A stretch of DNA of 24,000 bases, taken from Tumidithrix elongata BACA0141 (GTDB lineage: Bacteria > Cyanobacteriota > Cyanobacteriia > Pseudanabaenales > Pseudanabaenaceae). A program made the position numbers and the translations under genes. Below are positions 7,590 to 15,451 of the stretch, piece by piece. Within the stretch, counting starts at the first letter, position 1. Each line of letters opens with the position of its first letter. A model generated the notes under the pieces. That model searched no databases. It saw only the letters and a list, made by a program, of their open reading frames with translations, and was not told the DNA's origin. The stretch spans positions 1 through 24,000 of the forward strand of contig NZ_JAZBJZ010000053.1 of the NCBI RefSeq assembly GCF_036349135.1, in the 5' to 3' direction.

Positions 7590-7744
7590 ATAGAGATCTG
7601 CTTAGTCTTAAAAGCTGTCAGTGCAAATCTAAAAAAATTACACCAAACCAGAAATAAAAATCTAAATTCGACCTATCACTTGCTTGTGTCAGTGCTGCCT
7701 AAGGCTGCCCAAGTTTTACAAAGCCATTGTTTATCTAACCTCTT

Positions 7745-7750
7745 AAGGAG
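7745..7750 (+). promoter_or_regulatory. Shine-Dalgarno sequence of rbcL
   Basis: AAGGAG lies 6 nt upstream of the ATG at 7757. Confidence 0.7.
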
Positions 7751-7756
7751 ACCCAA

Positions 7757-9187
7757 ATGTCTTACTCGCAAACACAAACTCAGTCTAAATCTGGGTACCA
7801 AGCGGGCGTTCAAGATTACAAATTAAAGTACTATACTCCCGATTACACCCCCAGAGATACAGATATTCTGGCAGCATTCCGCTTCAGTCCTCAGCCAGGC
7901 GTGCCTCCTGAAGAAGCTGCAGCAGCTGTTGCCGCAGAATCTTCGACAGGTACTTGGACAACTGTATGGACAGATTTGTTGACCGACCTCGATCGCTACA
8001 AAGGTCGTTGCTATGATGTGGAATCCGTTCCCAACGAAGACAACCAATTTATCGCTTACATCGCTTATCCTCTCGACTTGTTCGAAGAAGGCTCTGTAAC
8101 CAACCTATTGACTTCATTGGTGGGTAACGTATTTGGTTTCAAAGCCCTACGTTCTTTGCGTTTAGAAGATATTCGCGTTCCCATTGCTTACCTCAAGACG
8201 TTCGAAGGACCTCCTCACGGGATTCAAGTTGAGCGCGACAAGTTAAACAAATACGGTCGTCCTCTCCTCGGTTGCACGATCAAACCAAAGCTCGGTTTGT
8301 CTGCAAAGAACTACGGTCGTGCCGTGTATGAGTGCTTGCGTGGCGGTCTAGACTTCACCAAAGACGACGAAAACATCAACTCTCAGCCTTTCATGCGCTG
8401 GCGCGATCGTTTCCTCTTCGTTCAAGAAGCGATCGAAAAGGCACAGGCTGAAACCGGTGAAGTTAAAGGTCACTACCTCAACGTTACCGCTCCTACCTGC
8501 GAACAAATGCTCGAACGTGCTGATTTTGCGAAAGAAATCGGCACACCGATCATCATGCATGACTTCCTAACCGGTGGTTTTACTGCTAACACAACCCTCT
8601 CGAAGTGGTGCCGTCGTAACGGTGTATTGCTTCACATTCACCGTGCTATGCACGCTGTTATCGACCGTCAAAAAACTCACGGGATTCACTTCCGCGTACT
8701 TGCTAAGTGCCTACGTATGTCTGGTGGCGACCACCTACACTCTGGTACGGTTGTGGGTAAACTCGAAGGTGAAAAGGAAATCACCATGGGCTTTGTTGAC
8801 CTCATGCGTGAAGATCATATCGAGCAAGATCGCTCTCGTGGTATCTACTTTACCCAAGACTGGGCTTCTATGCCTGGTACGATGCCTGTGGCTTCGGGTG
8901 GTATCCACGTATGGCACATGCCAGCACTCGTTGCCATCTTTGGTGATGACTCCTGCTTGCAGTTTGGTGGTGGCACACTAGGTCACCCATGGGGTGCAGC
9001 TCCTGGTGCAGCAGCTAACCGCGTTGCTTTGGAAGCTTGTATCCAAGCACGTAACGAAGGTCGTAACCTATGGCGTGAAGGTGGAGATGTTCTCCGCGAA
9101 GCTGGCCGTTGGTCACCTGAGTTGGCTGTAGCTCTAGAACTCTGGAAAGAGATCAAGTTTGAATTTGAAGCAATGGATACCCTCTAA
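7757..9187 (+). CDS. rbcL: RuBisCO large subunit, form IB
   Basis: 476-aa ORF with unmistakable RbcL sequence: [85 protein letters not shown] and [13 protein letters not shown]. All catalytic-site motifs are present. Confidence 0.99.
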   Translation: MSYSQTQTQSKSGYQAGVQDYKLKYYTPDYTPRDTDILAAFRFSPQPGVPPEEAAAAVAAESSTGTWTTVWTDLLTDLDRYKGRCYDVESVPNEDNQFIAYIAYPLDLFEEGSVTNLLTSLVGNVFGFKALRSLRLEDIRVPIAYLKTFEGPPHGIQVERDKLNKYGRPLLGCTIKPKLGLSAKNYGRAVYECLRGGLDFTKDDENINSQPFMRWRDRFLFVQEAIEKAQAETGEVKGHYLNVTAPTCEQMLERADFAKEIGTPIIMHDFLTGGFTANTTLSKWCRRNGVLLHIHRAMHAVIDRQKTHGIHFRVLAKCLRMSGGDHLHSGTVVGKLEGEKEITMGFVDLMREDHIEQDRSRGIYFTQDWASMPGTMPVASGGIHVWHMPALVAIFGDDSCLQFGGGTLGHPWGAAPGAAANRVALEACIQARNEGRNLWREGGDVLREAGRWSPELAVALELWKEIKFEFEAMDTL

Positions 9188-9198
9188 TCGATGGGCTT

Positions 9199-9248
9199 AG
9201 GTTAGGGTCTGTTAGTATAAATACTTATTTTATCAATAGCCCTAACCT
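9199..9248 (+). other. Intercistronic stem-loop between rbcL and rbcX
   Basis: AGGTTAGGG (9199-9207) pairs perfectly with CCCTAACCT (9240-9248), and a G-U pair (9208:9239) is possible. The loop is AT-rich, about 30 nt. The structure starts 12 nt after the rbcL stop. Confidence 0.55.
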
Positions 9249-9271
9249 TTCACTCTTGGTCGATCAAGCCT

Positions 9272-9721
9272 ATGAATATCAAGCGCACTACCAAGTCCAC
9301 AGCGAGTATGCTCATAAACTATCTGACCTATGAAGCTGTGAAGACGGTTTCTGAGCAGTTGCAAGAAACAGATTTGTTAAAAGCTCACTGGTTCAACCAA
9401 TTCTCATCGCGCGAGAAAATTCAAAATGGCGATCTCTACATTCAAGAATTGCTTGAAGTTCACCAAGAGTTAGCTTTTCGAGTGATGACCGTTAGAGAAC
9501 ATCTCGCCAATGAAATTTTAGATTTCTTGCCTGAGATGACTCGAACGGGGATCCAACAATCAAATATGCAGCATCGGTGTCAGCACCTCGAACGCATCAT
9601 GAGCGTTCAGGCGACCCAGGGGTATGCGGAATGCGAGGATCTAGCAACTAATTTAGATAGCGATTCAACCAGCGATTCCAATGAAGAGTTAGATTCTGAT
9701 AGCGATCGCACAACCACCTAA
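9272..9721 (+). CDS. rbcX: RuBisCO assembly chaperone RbcX
   Basis: 149-aa ORF between rbcL and rbcS. It carries the conserved RbcX blocks YLTYEAVKTV, FRVMTVREHLANEILDFLPEMTRTGIQQSNMQHRCQHLERI. The C-terminal tail is rich in acidic, Ser and Asp residues. Confidence 0.92.
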   Translation: MNIKRTTKSTASMLINYLTYEAVKTVSEQLQETDLLKAHWFNQFSSREKIQNGDLYIQELLEVHQELAFRVMTVREHLANEILDFLPEMTRTGIQQSNMQHRCQHLERIMSVQATQGYAECEDLATNLDSDSTSDSNEELDSDSDRTTT

Positions 9722-9757
9722 TTTCGTTCTATTCATCACTGTAATCACGAGAAAATA

Positions 9758-10093
9758 ATGCAAACTTTACCTAAAGAGCGTCGTTACGAAACGCTTTCCT
9801 ACTTGCCACCCTTGAGCGATGCTCAAATCACTCGTCAGATCGAGTACTCCCTCAAGCAAGGTTTCTACCCAGCGATCGAGTTTAACGAAAACTCTGACCC
9901 TGCTGTCCACTACTGGACTCTGTGGAAGCTGCCTATGTTTAACGCCAAAACTCCTCAAGAAGTTTTAAGCGAAGTTCAAGCTTGCCGTTCTAGCTATCCT
10001 GGTAGCTACATCCGTGTTGTTGGTTTTGACAACATCAAGCAGTGCCAAGTATTGAGCTTTATCGTGCACAAGCCTAACACTCCTCGCTACTAA
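9758..10093 (+). CDS. rbcS: RuBisCO small subunit
   Basis: 111-aa ORF with RbcS blocks [30 protein letters not shown] and [14 protein letters not shown]. Confidence 0.97.
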   Translation: MQTLPKERRYETLSYLPPLSDAQITRQIEYSLKQGFYPAIEFNENSDPAVHYWTLWKLPMFNAKTPQEVLSEVQACRSSYPGSYIRVVGFDNIKQCQVLSFIVHKPNTPRY

Positions 10094-10161
10094 TGCTAAC
10101 TGTGCGCTGACTTTAACGTAGCTGCACGATCTGTAAATTGTTAATCTTGGGAAAAATTAGA

Positions 10162-10203
10162 GGTAGCGTGGTTCATGCCATGCTGCCTTTAGTTTTTATT
10201 TGA
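10162..10203 (+). terminator. Intrinsic terminator of the rbcLXS operon
   Basis: GGTAGCGTGG / TTCATG / CCATGCTGCC forms a 10-bp stem. Two of the pairs are G-U and are valid only on the + strand. The stem is followed directly by TTTAGTTTTTATTT and lies 69 nt after the rbcS stop. Confidence 0.7.
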
Positions 10204-10217
10204 TAAATTTCTGATAC

Positions 10218-10829
10218 GTGATAGCACAAGACGTGAATATTCCTGAAGACTTAGAAATCGGGTTGGGGTTGCCAGAGCCTTTGCGGGCTGAAGCAGCCGA
10301 GATGTTTTACGAGGCATTTGGTCAAAAAATTCAGCCGTTGTTTGGCTCTAAAGAAAGTGCTGTAGCTATTTTTCGCAAAGCGATCGACCCCGAGCTGACG
10401 ATGGTGGCGCTTTGTCAAGATCGATTTGTGGGGCTGGCAGGCTTGCGCTATGATGATCGCAGCTTTTTACAGTTTAATCTCTCTATTTTTACCGAAGAAT
10501 TAGGGACGATCAAAGGAACGCTCAGTTTCTTTCTATATACCTCGTTTAAGCATCGCGTCAGACAGGGTGAGTTGTTTCTAGACGCACTCATCGTTAAAGA
10601 TTCAGCTCGTGGGCAGGGCATTGGCACATTTTTGTTGCAAGAGATTTTTGAATTTGCCCGACAGAACCAGTTCGATCGGATTAGACTCGATGTTGCTGCT
10701 GCCAACTCTAGTGCCCGCAGGTTATACGAACGTATGGGCTTTACCTGTTTTAAAACTCGTAGCTATCTTTATTTGCAGCGAATTGTTGGTGCTACAGCGA
10801 TCGGCATGATGCAAAAGCAAATGAATTGA
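10218..10829 (+). CDS. GNAT-family N-acetyltransferase
   Basis: The acetyl-CoA binding motif is LIVKDSARGQGIGTFLLQEIFEFARQNQFDRIRLDV...NSSARRLYERMGF (Q/R-x-x-G-x-G/A). The start is uncertain: GTG at 10218 or GTG at 10233. Confidence 0.75.
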   Translation: MIAQDVNIPEDLEIGLGLPEPLRAEAAEMFYEAFGQKIQPLFGSKESAVAIFRKAIDPELTMVALCQDRFVGLAGLRYDDRSFLQFNLSIFTEELGTIKGTLSFFLYTSFKHRVRQGELFLDALIVKDSARGQGIGTFLLQEIFEFARQNQFDRIRLDVAAANSSARRLYERMGFTCFKTRSYLYLQRIVGATAIGMMQKQMN

Positions 10830-10887
10830 TATAATTGCTCTCACTCATAGATCCACCTGACTCTACATAAAATTTGGCGGATAAGTT

Positions 10888-11289
10888 ATGAACTTTATCA
10901 AGAAAATACCCGCACTCTCTGTATTGTTGCTATTAGTTAGCTATGCAGCATTTGGTTGGTTGCTTTCGATTCATGGTGCAGACTGGCGCATTTGGATTGG
11001 ATCGGGGTCTCTTGCTTTCGCTACGGCATGGATTTTGGCGATCGCTTGGGCTTTGGCAGCGATTCTCCTTGTTTTTCTCAAGCAGACGCAGATCCTTTTT
11101 TTGTCAATCGGAATTTCCGTGGTGTGGGCGATGTTGATGTATGTGGCACGGGTCGAGTTGCAAGCCTTTACCAACAATAAAGTTGTCAGCTTTTTTACCT
11201 TGGCAATCTTATCGGCGCTTGGTTTGGGACTGGGCTGGTTTGCCGATTTATCCTTAATCCACAGCTTTGGGGCTTCGATGATTAAGTGA
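10888..11289 (+). CDS. Small integral membrane protein (about 4 TM segments), unknown function
   Basis: 133-aa ORF with an ATG start and four hydrophobic stretches (ALSVLLLLVSYAAFGWLL, SLAFATAWILAIAWALAAILLVFL, ILFLSIGISVVWAMLMYV, FFTLAILSALGLGLGWF). The overlapping alternate-frame ORFs are judged spurious. Confidence 0.6.
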   Translation: MNFIKKIPALSVLLLLVSYAAFGWLLSIHGADWRIWIGSGSLAFATAWILAIAWALAAILLVFLKQTQILFLSIGISVVWAMLMYVARVELQAFTNNKVVSFFTLAILSALGLGLGWFADLSLIHSFGASMIK

Positions 11290-11354
11290 AAATCTCGCCC
11301 AAAAATTGTTAAGATCCTTACGCATCAAAGTAATTCACGCATAGCGGTTTCAAA

Positions 11355-11990
11355 ATGGTTCAATATACGCTCGCTCAAAGTCCTGAAGTTATTCTCACTG
11401 TTTCTGGTAGGGACTCTCTTAAAGCCCGCGAAAAAGCGATGGCGCAACTGATTGAACTCATGGATGAGGGAAAGTTAGACACAGATTTGGCTGATGGGTT
11501 TAGTCCTCAGCAATTTATTGAAGTAAAGGAGCCAGCCATGACAGTCACCAGCGATCAAGATGATGCCGTAACGCAAGCTGTACAGTTGTTAAACAACTTG
11601 GCTACGCTCAAAATTAAGGTACAAGAGCTTCGCACTGAAGCAATGAAGATCCGCGCCCAAGTCGATATTCTATTTAGTGATGCCCCCGTCAGCGAAGAGG
11701 AAATCAACAGCCTCAAAGAAGGCTTTAAGGTTTTAAAGAATTTTGCCCAATTTAATTTGCGTTATTTGGATGCGCGATCGCAGGCAGAGCAAGCTCGTAT
11801 CGTTCTCGACCAAGCACTAAATGGTTCTCTTGCCGAACCTGCACCCACCAAGGTAGAGCCCTCAAACCCTGAAGCGCTTCCTCAAGCAGAAGTAGAGCTA
11901 CCCGATGCTGTTGATGAGACACCCGCACAGTCCACTGACACTGAAGTTGAGACTGTCTCTGAAAAAGCAACTGGAAAAGCGAAAAAGTAG
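11355..11990 (+). CDS. Hypothetical protein with a helical central region and an acidic, Pro/Glu-rich C-terminus
   Basis: 211-aa ORF with an ATG start. The composition looks coding and no family was recognised. Confidence 0.55.
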   Translation: MVQYTLAQSPEVILTVSGRDSLKAREKAMAQLIELMDEGKLDTDLADGFSPQQFIEVKEPAMTVTSDQDDAVTQAVQLLNNLATLKIKVQELRTEAMKIRAQVDILFSDAPVSEEEINSLKEGFKVLKNFAQFNLRYLDARSQAEQARIVLDQALNGSLAEPAPTKVEPSNPEALPQAEVELPDAVDETPAQSTDTEVETVSEKATGKAKK

Positions 11991-12027
11991 TTTTTGCTTG
12001 AATCGTATCTAGTTCTAAAGCCCAACG

Positions 12028-13329
12028 CTAAAACATGGTTAGTTGCTGGGTAGGGATCTCCTGAGTTTTAGACAACTCGGGAGCATTCTCATCTGCCCCA
12101 TCCATTTCCCCGCCAACTTCTCCTAGAAGTTCTCTGGCTGCAATCAGTAGATCGACTTCGCAGTTTTTTAAATCTTCGCGCGTACTGAGGTAGGCTCTGA
12201 GTGCGGCGATCGGGTCGAGGGCTTCAACCGTGTTTAACTCAGCCGCACGGGTACGCGTTGATTGGTTAATGACTTCGGGGGCGATCGCGTAGTTATGGGC
12301 AGGGGCTAATGCTTGATGCAATTCCCGATCGTCAATTTGGCTCAACTGTTCGGGTTTGGCTTGGTAGATCAGCCGCACCACGGCATCGGTGATTTGACTG
12401 GTGGCGATCGCTTTCAGCAAAAGAGCTTGCGGTTTTTCGCTGTCAGTAACATCGATCTCTATCGTCCGAAATGGTCGTGCGGGTAAGGGACAAAACTCAA
12501 ACTTGGTTTCTCCCTTGTCTACTTCGAGCCAGCAATATCCTTTTTCTTCTTTTTCTTCGCCAAAGTCTACGCGCTCAATGCTGCCCGGATAAACCACTAA
12601 AGGATGTTGGCAAAGCACTTGATGGCGATGGACATGTCCTAGGGCAACATAGTCAAAGGCATCTTTTGCCAATAAAGAGAGCGGAATTGTAAATCCTTTT
12701 CCTGCTGCTAGAAACCGCTCTGAGCCATAGGTAGCCGAGTCAACCATCAGATGCGCCAAGAGAATTGTCGGTAGCTTGGGATCGAGTTGGCGAATTTCGG
12801 CTTCTAAAACTACCGTGAGGCGATCGATTAGTAACTTCCCAACTTCAGTCATTGATAACCCGTCTGTTTCTTGACGGGTGAGTAACGCCGATCGCGTCAA
12901 CCAAGGCAGCGTAATAATTTGAATTGCTCCTGCCTCTGTGGAGATGAGATGGGTCTCAATGCGATCGCCGACGATAAACCCCGGCACTGCCAAACTTCGA
13001 TAAATCGCCAGACTCGCGCCTCCCTGTCCTTGCGAATGCTGATCGTGGTTTCCCACCAACAACACTGTAGGAATGTTGGCATCGGCAAGACGCCGAAACT
13101 GCCTTGCGAATGCCTGCTGCACGAGCGGCGGCGGCGTAGCATCTGGAAAAGCATCCCCACCAAATAAGACCAAATCCGCAGGTTCGTGAATGGCGCGATC
13201 GATGCAGAGGGTTAAGGCTTTGACAAAATCCTCAAAGCGCGTATTTAGTCCCGTCTTGGGATTTACCCGCCCATGGGTCGTACTTCCCAGATGGATATCT
13301 GATAAATGCAGAACCTTGATCGCAGCCAT
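12028..13329 (-). CDS. sbcD: SbcD/Mre11-family metallophosphoesterase nuclease
   Basis: Calcineurin-like phosphoesterase motifs occur in the expected order: LHLSDIHLG, GGDAFPD, GNHD, and GHVH late in the protein. The 433-aa length is typical of SbcD. Confidence 0.8.
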   Translation of the reverse strand: MAAIKVLHLSDIHLGSTTHGRVNPKTGLNTRFEDFVKALTLCIDRAIHEPADLVLFGGDAFPDATPPPLVQQAFARQFRRLADANIPTVLLVGNHDQHSQGQGGASLAIYRSLAVPGFIVGDRIETHLISTEAGAIQIITLPWLTRSALLTRQETDGLSMTEVGKLLIDRLTVVLEAEIRQLDPKLPTILLAHLMVDSATYGSERFLAAGKGFTIPLSLLAKDAFDYVALGHVHRHQVLCQHPLVVYPGSIERVDFGEEKEEKGYCWLEVDKGETKFEFCPLPARPFRTIEIDVTDSEKPQALLLKAIATSQITDAVVRLIYQAKPEQLSQIDDRELHQALAPAHNYAIAPEVINQSTRTRAAELNTVEALDPIAALRAYLSTREDLKNCEVDLLIAARELLGEVGGEMDGADENAPELSKTQEIPTQQLTMF

Positions 13330-13370
13330 CGTTTATTTCCCAATTACGTACAATACCTCAATCCAAATTT

Positions 13371-13976
13371 TTAGAATGAGAGGGGTTGAAAAAGACTACT
13401 AATAGGGTACGAAAAACCAGGAATAACATCTTCACCATCCAGTGAATCTACCGATTTGAGCAAGCGATCGGGTTCTTGAGCGGAACGGTAGACCATCACG
13501 TAGTGCTGTGTTGGACTAACCACCCAAACTAGGCGCGAACCATTCTCAAAATATTCTCTGATTTTGTCATCAATTTCTTCAACGGTATTGCTAGGAGACA
13601 GCACTTCAACAGCAAGATCGGGTGCACCTTCTAAGAAACCAGAGGGTAGCTCTGTCATACCTTGTAGACGTGCTTTGGCAAAAAAAGCAATGTCAGGAGA
13701 GCGTTTATTACCATTTTTCATTTTGAACGCGGTGCTGGAATCAAACATGGCTCCAAGATATTGCAGTCGAACATACCCACCTAACAAAATCATCAGTGTG
13801 CTGCAAATATAGCCGTGTAATGCGCCAGAGTTTCCCATGTCAATCAATTCTCCGTTCACAATTTCATAGCGATGTCCATCATCGGGAAGTGCCATGAATG
13901 CTTCATCAGTCCAGACTTTTTTTTCGGGAACTTCAATTTCTAAGGTTTCTATGGATTGCTGAATTAGAGTAGACAT
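13371..13976 (-). CDS. Uma2-family (DUF820) PD-(D/E)xK endonuclease-like protein
   Basis: YEIVNGELI near the N-terminus. The core is PDIAFF...APDLAVEVLSPSN....E...K..EY...G....WVV.P, characteristic of the Uma2 family that is abundant in cyanobacteria. Confidence 0.8.
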   Translation of the reverse strand: MSTLIQQSIETLEIEVPEKKVWTDEAFMALPDDGHRYEIVNGELIDMGNSGALHGYICSTLMILLGGYVRLQYLGAMFDSSTAFKMKNGNKRSPDIAFFAKARLQGMTELPSGFLEGAPDLAVEVLSPSNTVEEIDDKIREYFENGSRLVWVVSPTQHYVMVYRSAQEPDRLLKSVDSLDGEDVIPGFSYPISSLFQPLSF

Positions 13977-13986
13977 GTGATTCTCC

Positions 13987-14391
13987 TTACTTAGCTTTAT
14001 CCTTACATACCCAACGCCAGAGGGGGTGAGCTTTGCCTTGCTGCTGAATTTTTTGCACCTGTCGGATCAGCGATCGCTTCTCGCGTTTACTAATTCCCCA
14101 AAGAATTTGCGAGCTTTGCCAAACTAACGTCGCGAGGGTCATGGCAACGCAAAAAGTTATCCCTAAAAAAGCTAAACGATGGGATTGCATACTAGAGCGT
14201 ACTGCCGCCCAAGTGAAATATTCAATCCAGATGGCAATATCAAAACGTAGGCTCCAAATACTTGCGGCTCCAATTGTCAGCCATAAGCATAGGTTAAATA
14301 GCCATCGTCCCCAAGTTTGGACGTCAATAAGCCGTTCGACTTGAGATTCAATTTGGCGTTCTAAAATTTCTTGCTCATCTTCAAACTGCAT
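13987..14391 (-). CDS. Small membrane protein (about 3 TM segments), unknown function
   Basis: 134-aa ORF with an ATG start 7 nt downstream of the secF stop. It has an acidic N-terminus, three hydrophobic segments and a basic C-terminal tail. Confidence 0.55.
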   Translation of the reverse strand: MQFEDEQEILERQIESQVERLIDVQTWGRWLFNLCLWLTIGAASIWSLRFDIAIWIEYFTWAAVRSSMQSHRLAFLGITFCVAMTLATLVWQSSQILWGISKREKRSLIRQVQKIQQQGKAHPLWRWVCKDKAK

Positions 14392-14398
14392 GAGTTCG

Positions 14399-15391
14399 TT
14401 ATACAGCGTTCGTGCCTACGCTAGGAGTCTGATTGGTTTTGTTATTGCGATTGCGCCACCATGCCAATAAGATACTGGCGTTAAAAATGCTGGAATAGGC
14501 TCCAGAGAGGAATCCGATAATTAAAGCAAGCGAGAAGTACTTGAGGGTCGCACCGCCAAAGATAAAGATCGCGATGAGCGGCAGCGTTGCCGTCAAGGTT
14601 GTATTGATCGAACGCGCTAAAGTTTGATTTACGGATAGGTTAACTAGATCGTTAAAGTCATGGTCTCTGCCTTGGATTTTGAGATTTTCGCGGATGCGGT
14701 CGTAGATAATTACGGTGTCATTGACCGAGAAGCCGCAAACGGTCAGCATTGCCACGATAAACAAGCTATCGACTTCCACACCCATGGTTAAGCCCAGAAT
14801 AGAAAAAATACCCACGGTGACAAAAATATCGTGGAACAAGGCAATCACGGCAAAAATGGCATAGTCTGCCTGAAAACGAAATCCTAGGTAGATAGCGATT
14901 CCTAGGAAAGAGATTCCCAGTGCCTGCAAGCCAGAGGTGAGAAGCTGATTGCCGATCGCGGGCCCCACTCTTTCAATCTGCGATTTTTTAGGATCGATCT
15001 GCCCAAATCCTTTTAGGATGCTTTCTAGTAGGGTTTGTAATTCTGTCCGCTTTTCGACTTCTAGATCGCCCGTTTGCACGATCACGCCACGACCGTTATC
15101 GAGTTGCTGCACAACGCTATTGGTATAGCCTTTCGCTGCGATCGCTTGGCGCACAGCCACAATGTCAACCAGCTTGCTACAGGTATTTGCTGCTGGATTC
15201 CCCGCAGGTTTCGTGGTATCGCCACAATCTAACTCAAGGGTGAGTCGCGTCCCCCCCGTAAAGTCAATGGCTGGGCGCAAAGGTAACCCGATCTGTTGCC
15301 AAGAGACAAACATGGCAATGATACCCGCCAAGATAAACAATCCTGACAGAGAGAGATACAGGCGACTATGTTTAATTACGTCTAATTTCAT
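14399..15391 (-). CDS. secF: Protein translocase subunit SecF
   Basis: IDFTGGT motif, followed by a six-TM RND-like domain (FHDIFVTVGIFSILG...GFSVNDTVIIYDRIREN). It lies directly downstream of secD. Confidence 0.93.
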   Translation of the reverse strand: MKLDVIKHSRLYLSLSGLFILAGIIAMFVSWQQIGLPLRPAIDFTGGTRLTLELDCGDTTKPAGNPAANTCSKLVDIVAVRQAIAAKGYTNSVVQQLDNGRGVIVQTGDLEVEKRTELQTLLESILKGFGQIDPKKSQIERVGPAIGNQLLTSGLQALGISFLGIAIYLGFRFQADYAIFAVIALFHDIFVTVGIFSILGLTMGVEVDSLFIVAMLTVCGFSVNDTVIIYDRIRENLKIQGRDHDFNDLVNLSVNQTLARSINTTLTATLPLIAIFIFGGATLKYFSLALIIGFLSGAYSSIFNASILLAWWRNRNNKTNQTPSVGTNAV

Positions 15392-15451
15392 CGATAACCT
15401 CTTGCATTGATAACCGCAGAAATACCCTCAGAGCTAATCTCAGAGTCAATC

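Noticed and set aside
7823-8981. Alternate-frame and antisense ORFs inside rbcL (7823-8047 -, 8348-8560 -, 8574-8981 +, 8735-8917 -)
   Set aside because: They lie entirely within the unambiguous rbcL reading frame. Their translations are Cys/Arg/Val-rich nonsense with no motifs, typical of shadow ORFs in a highly expressed, codon-biased gene.
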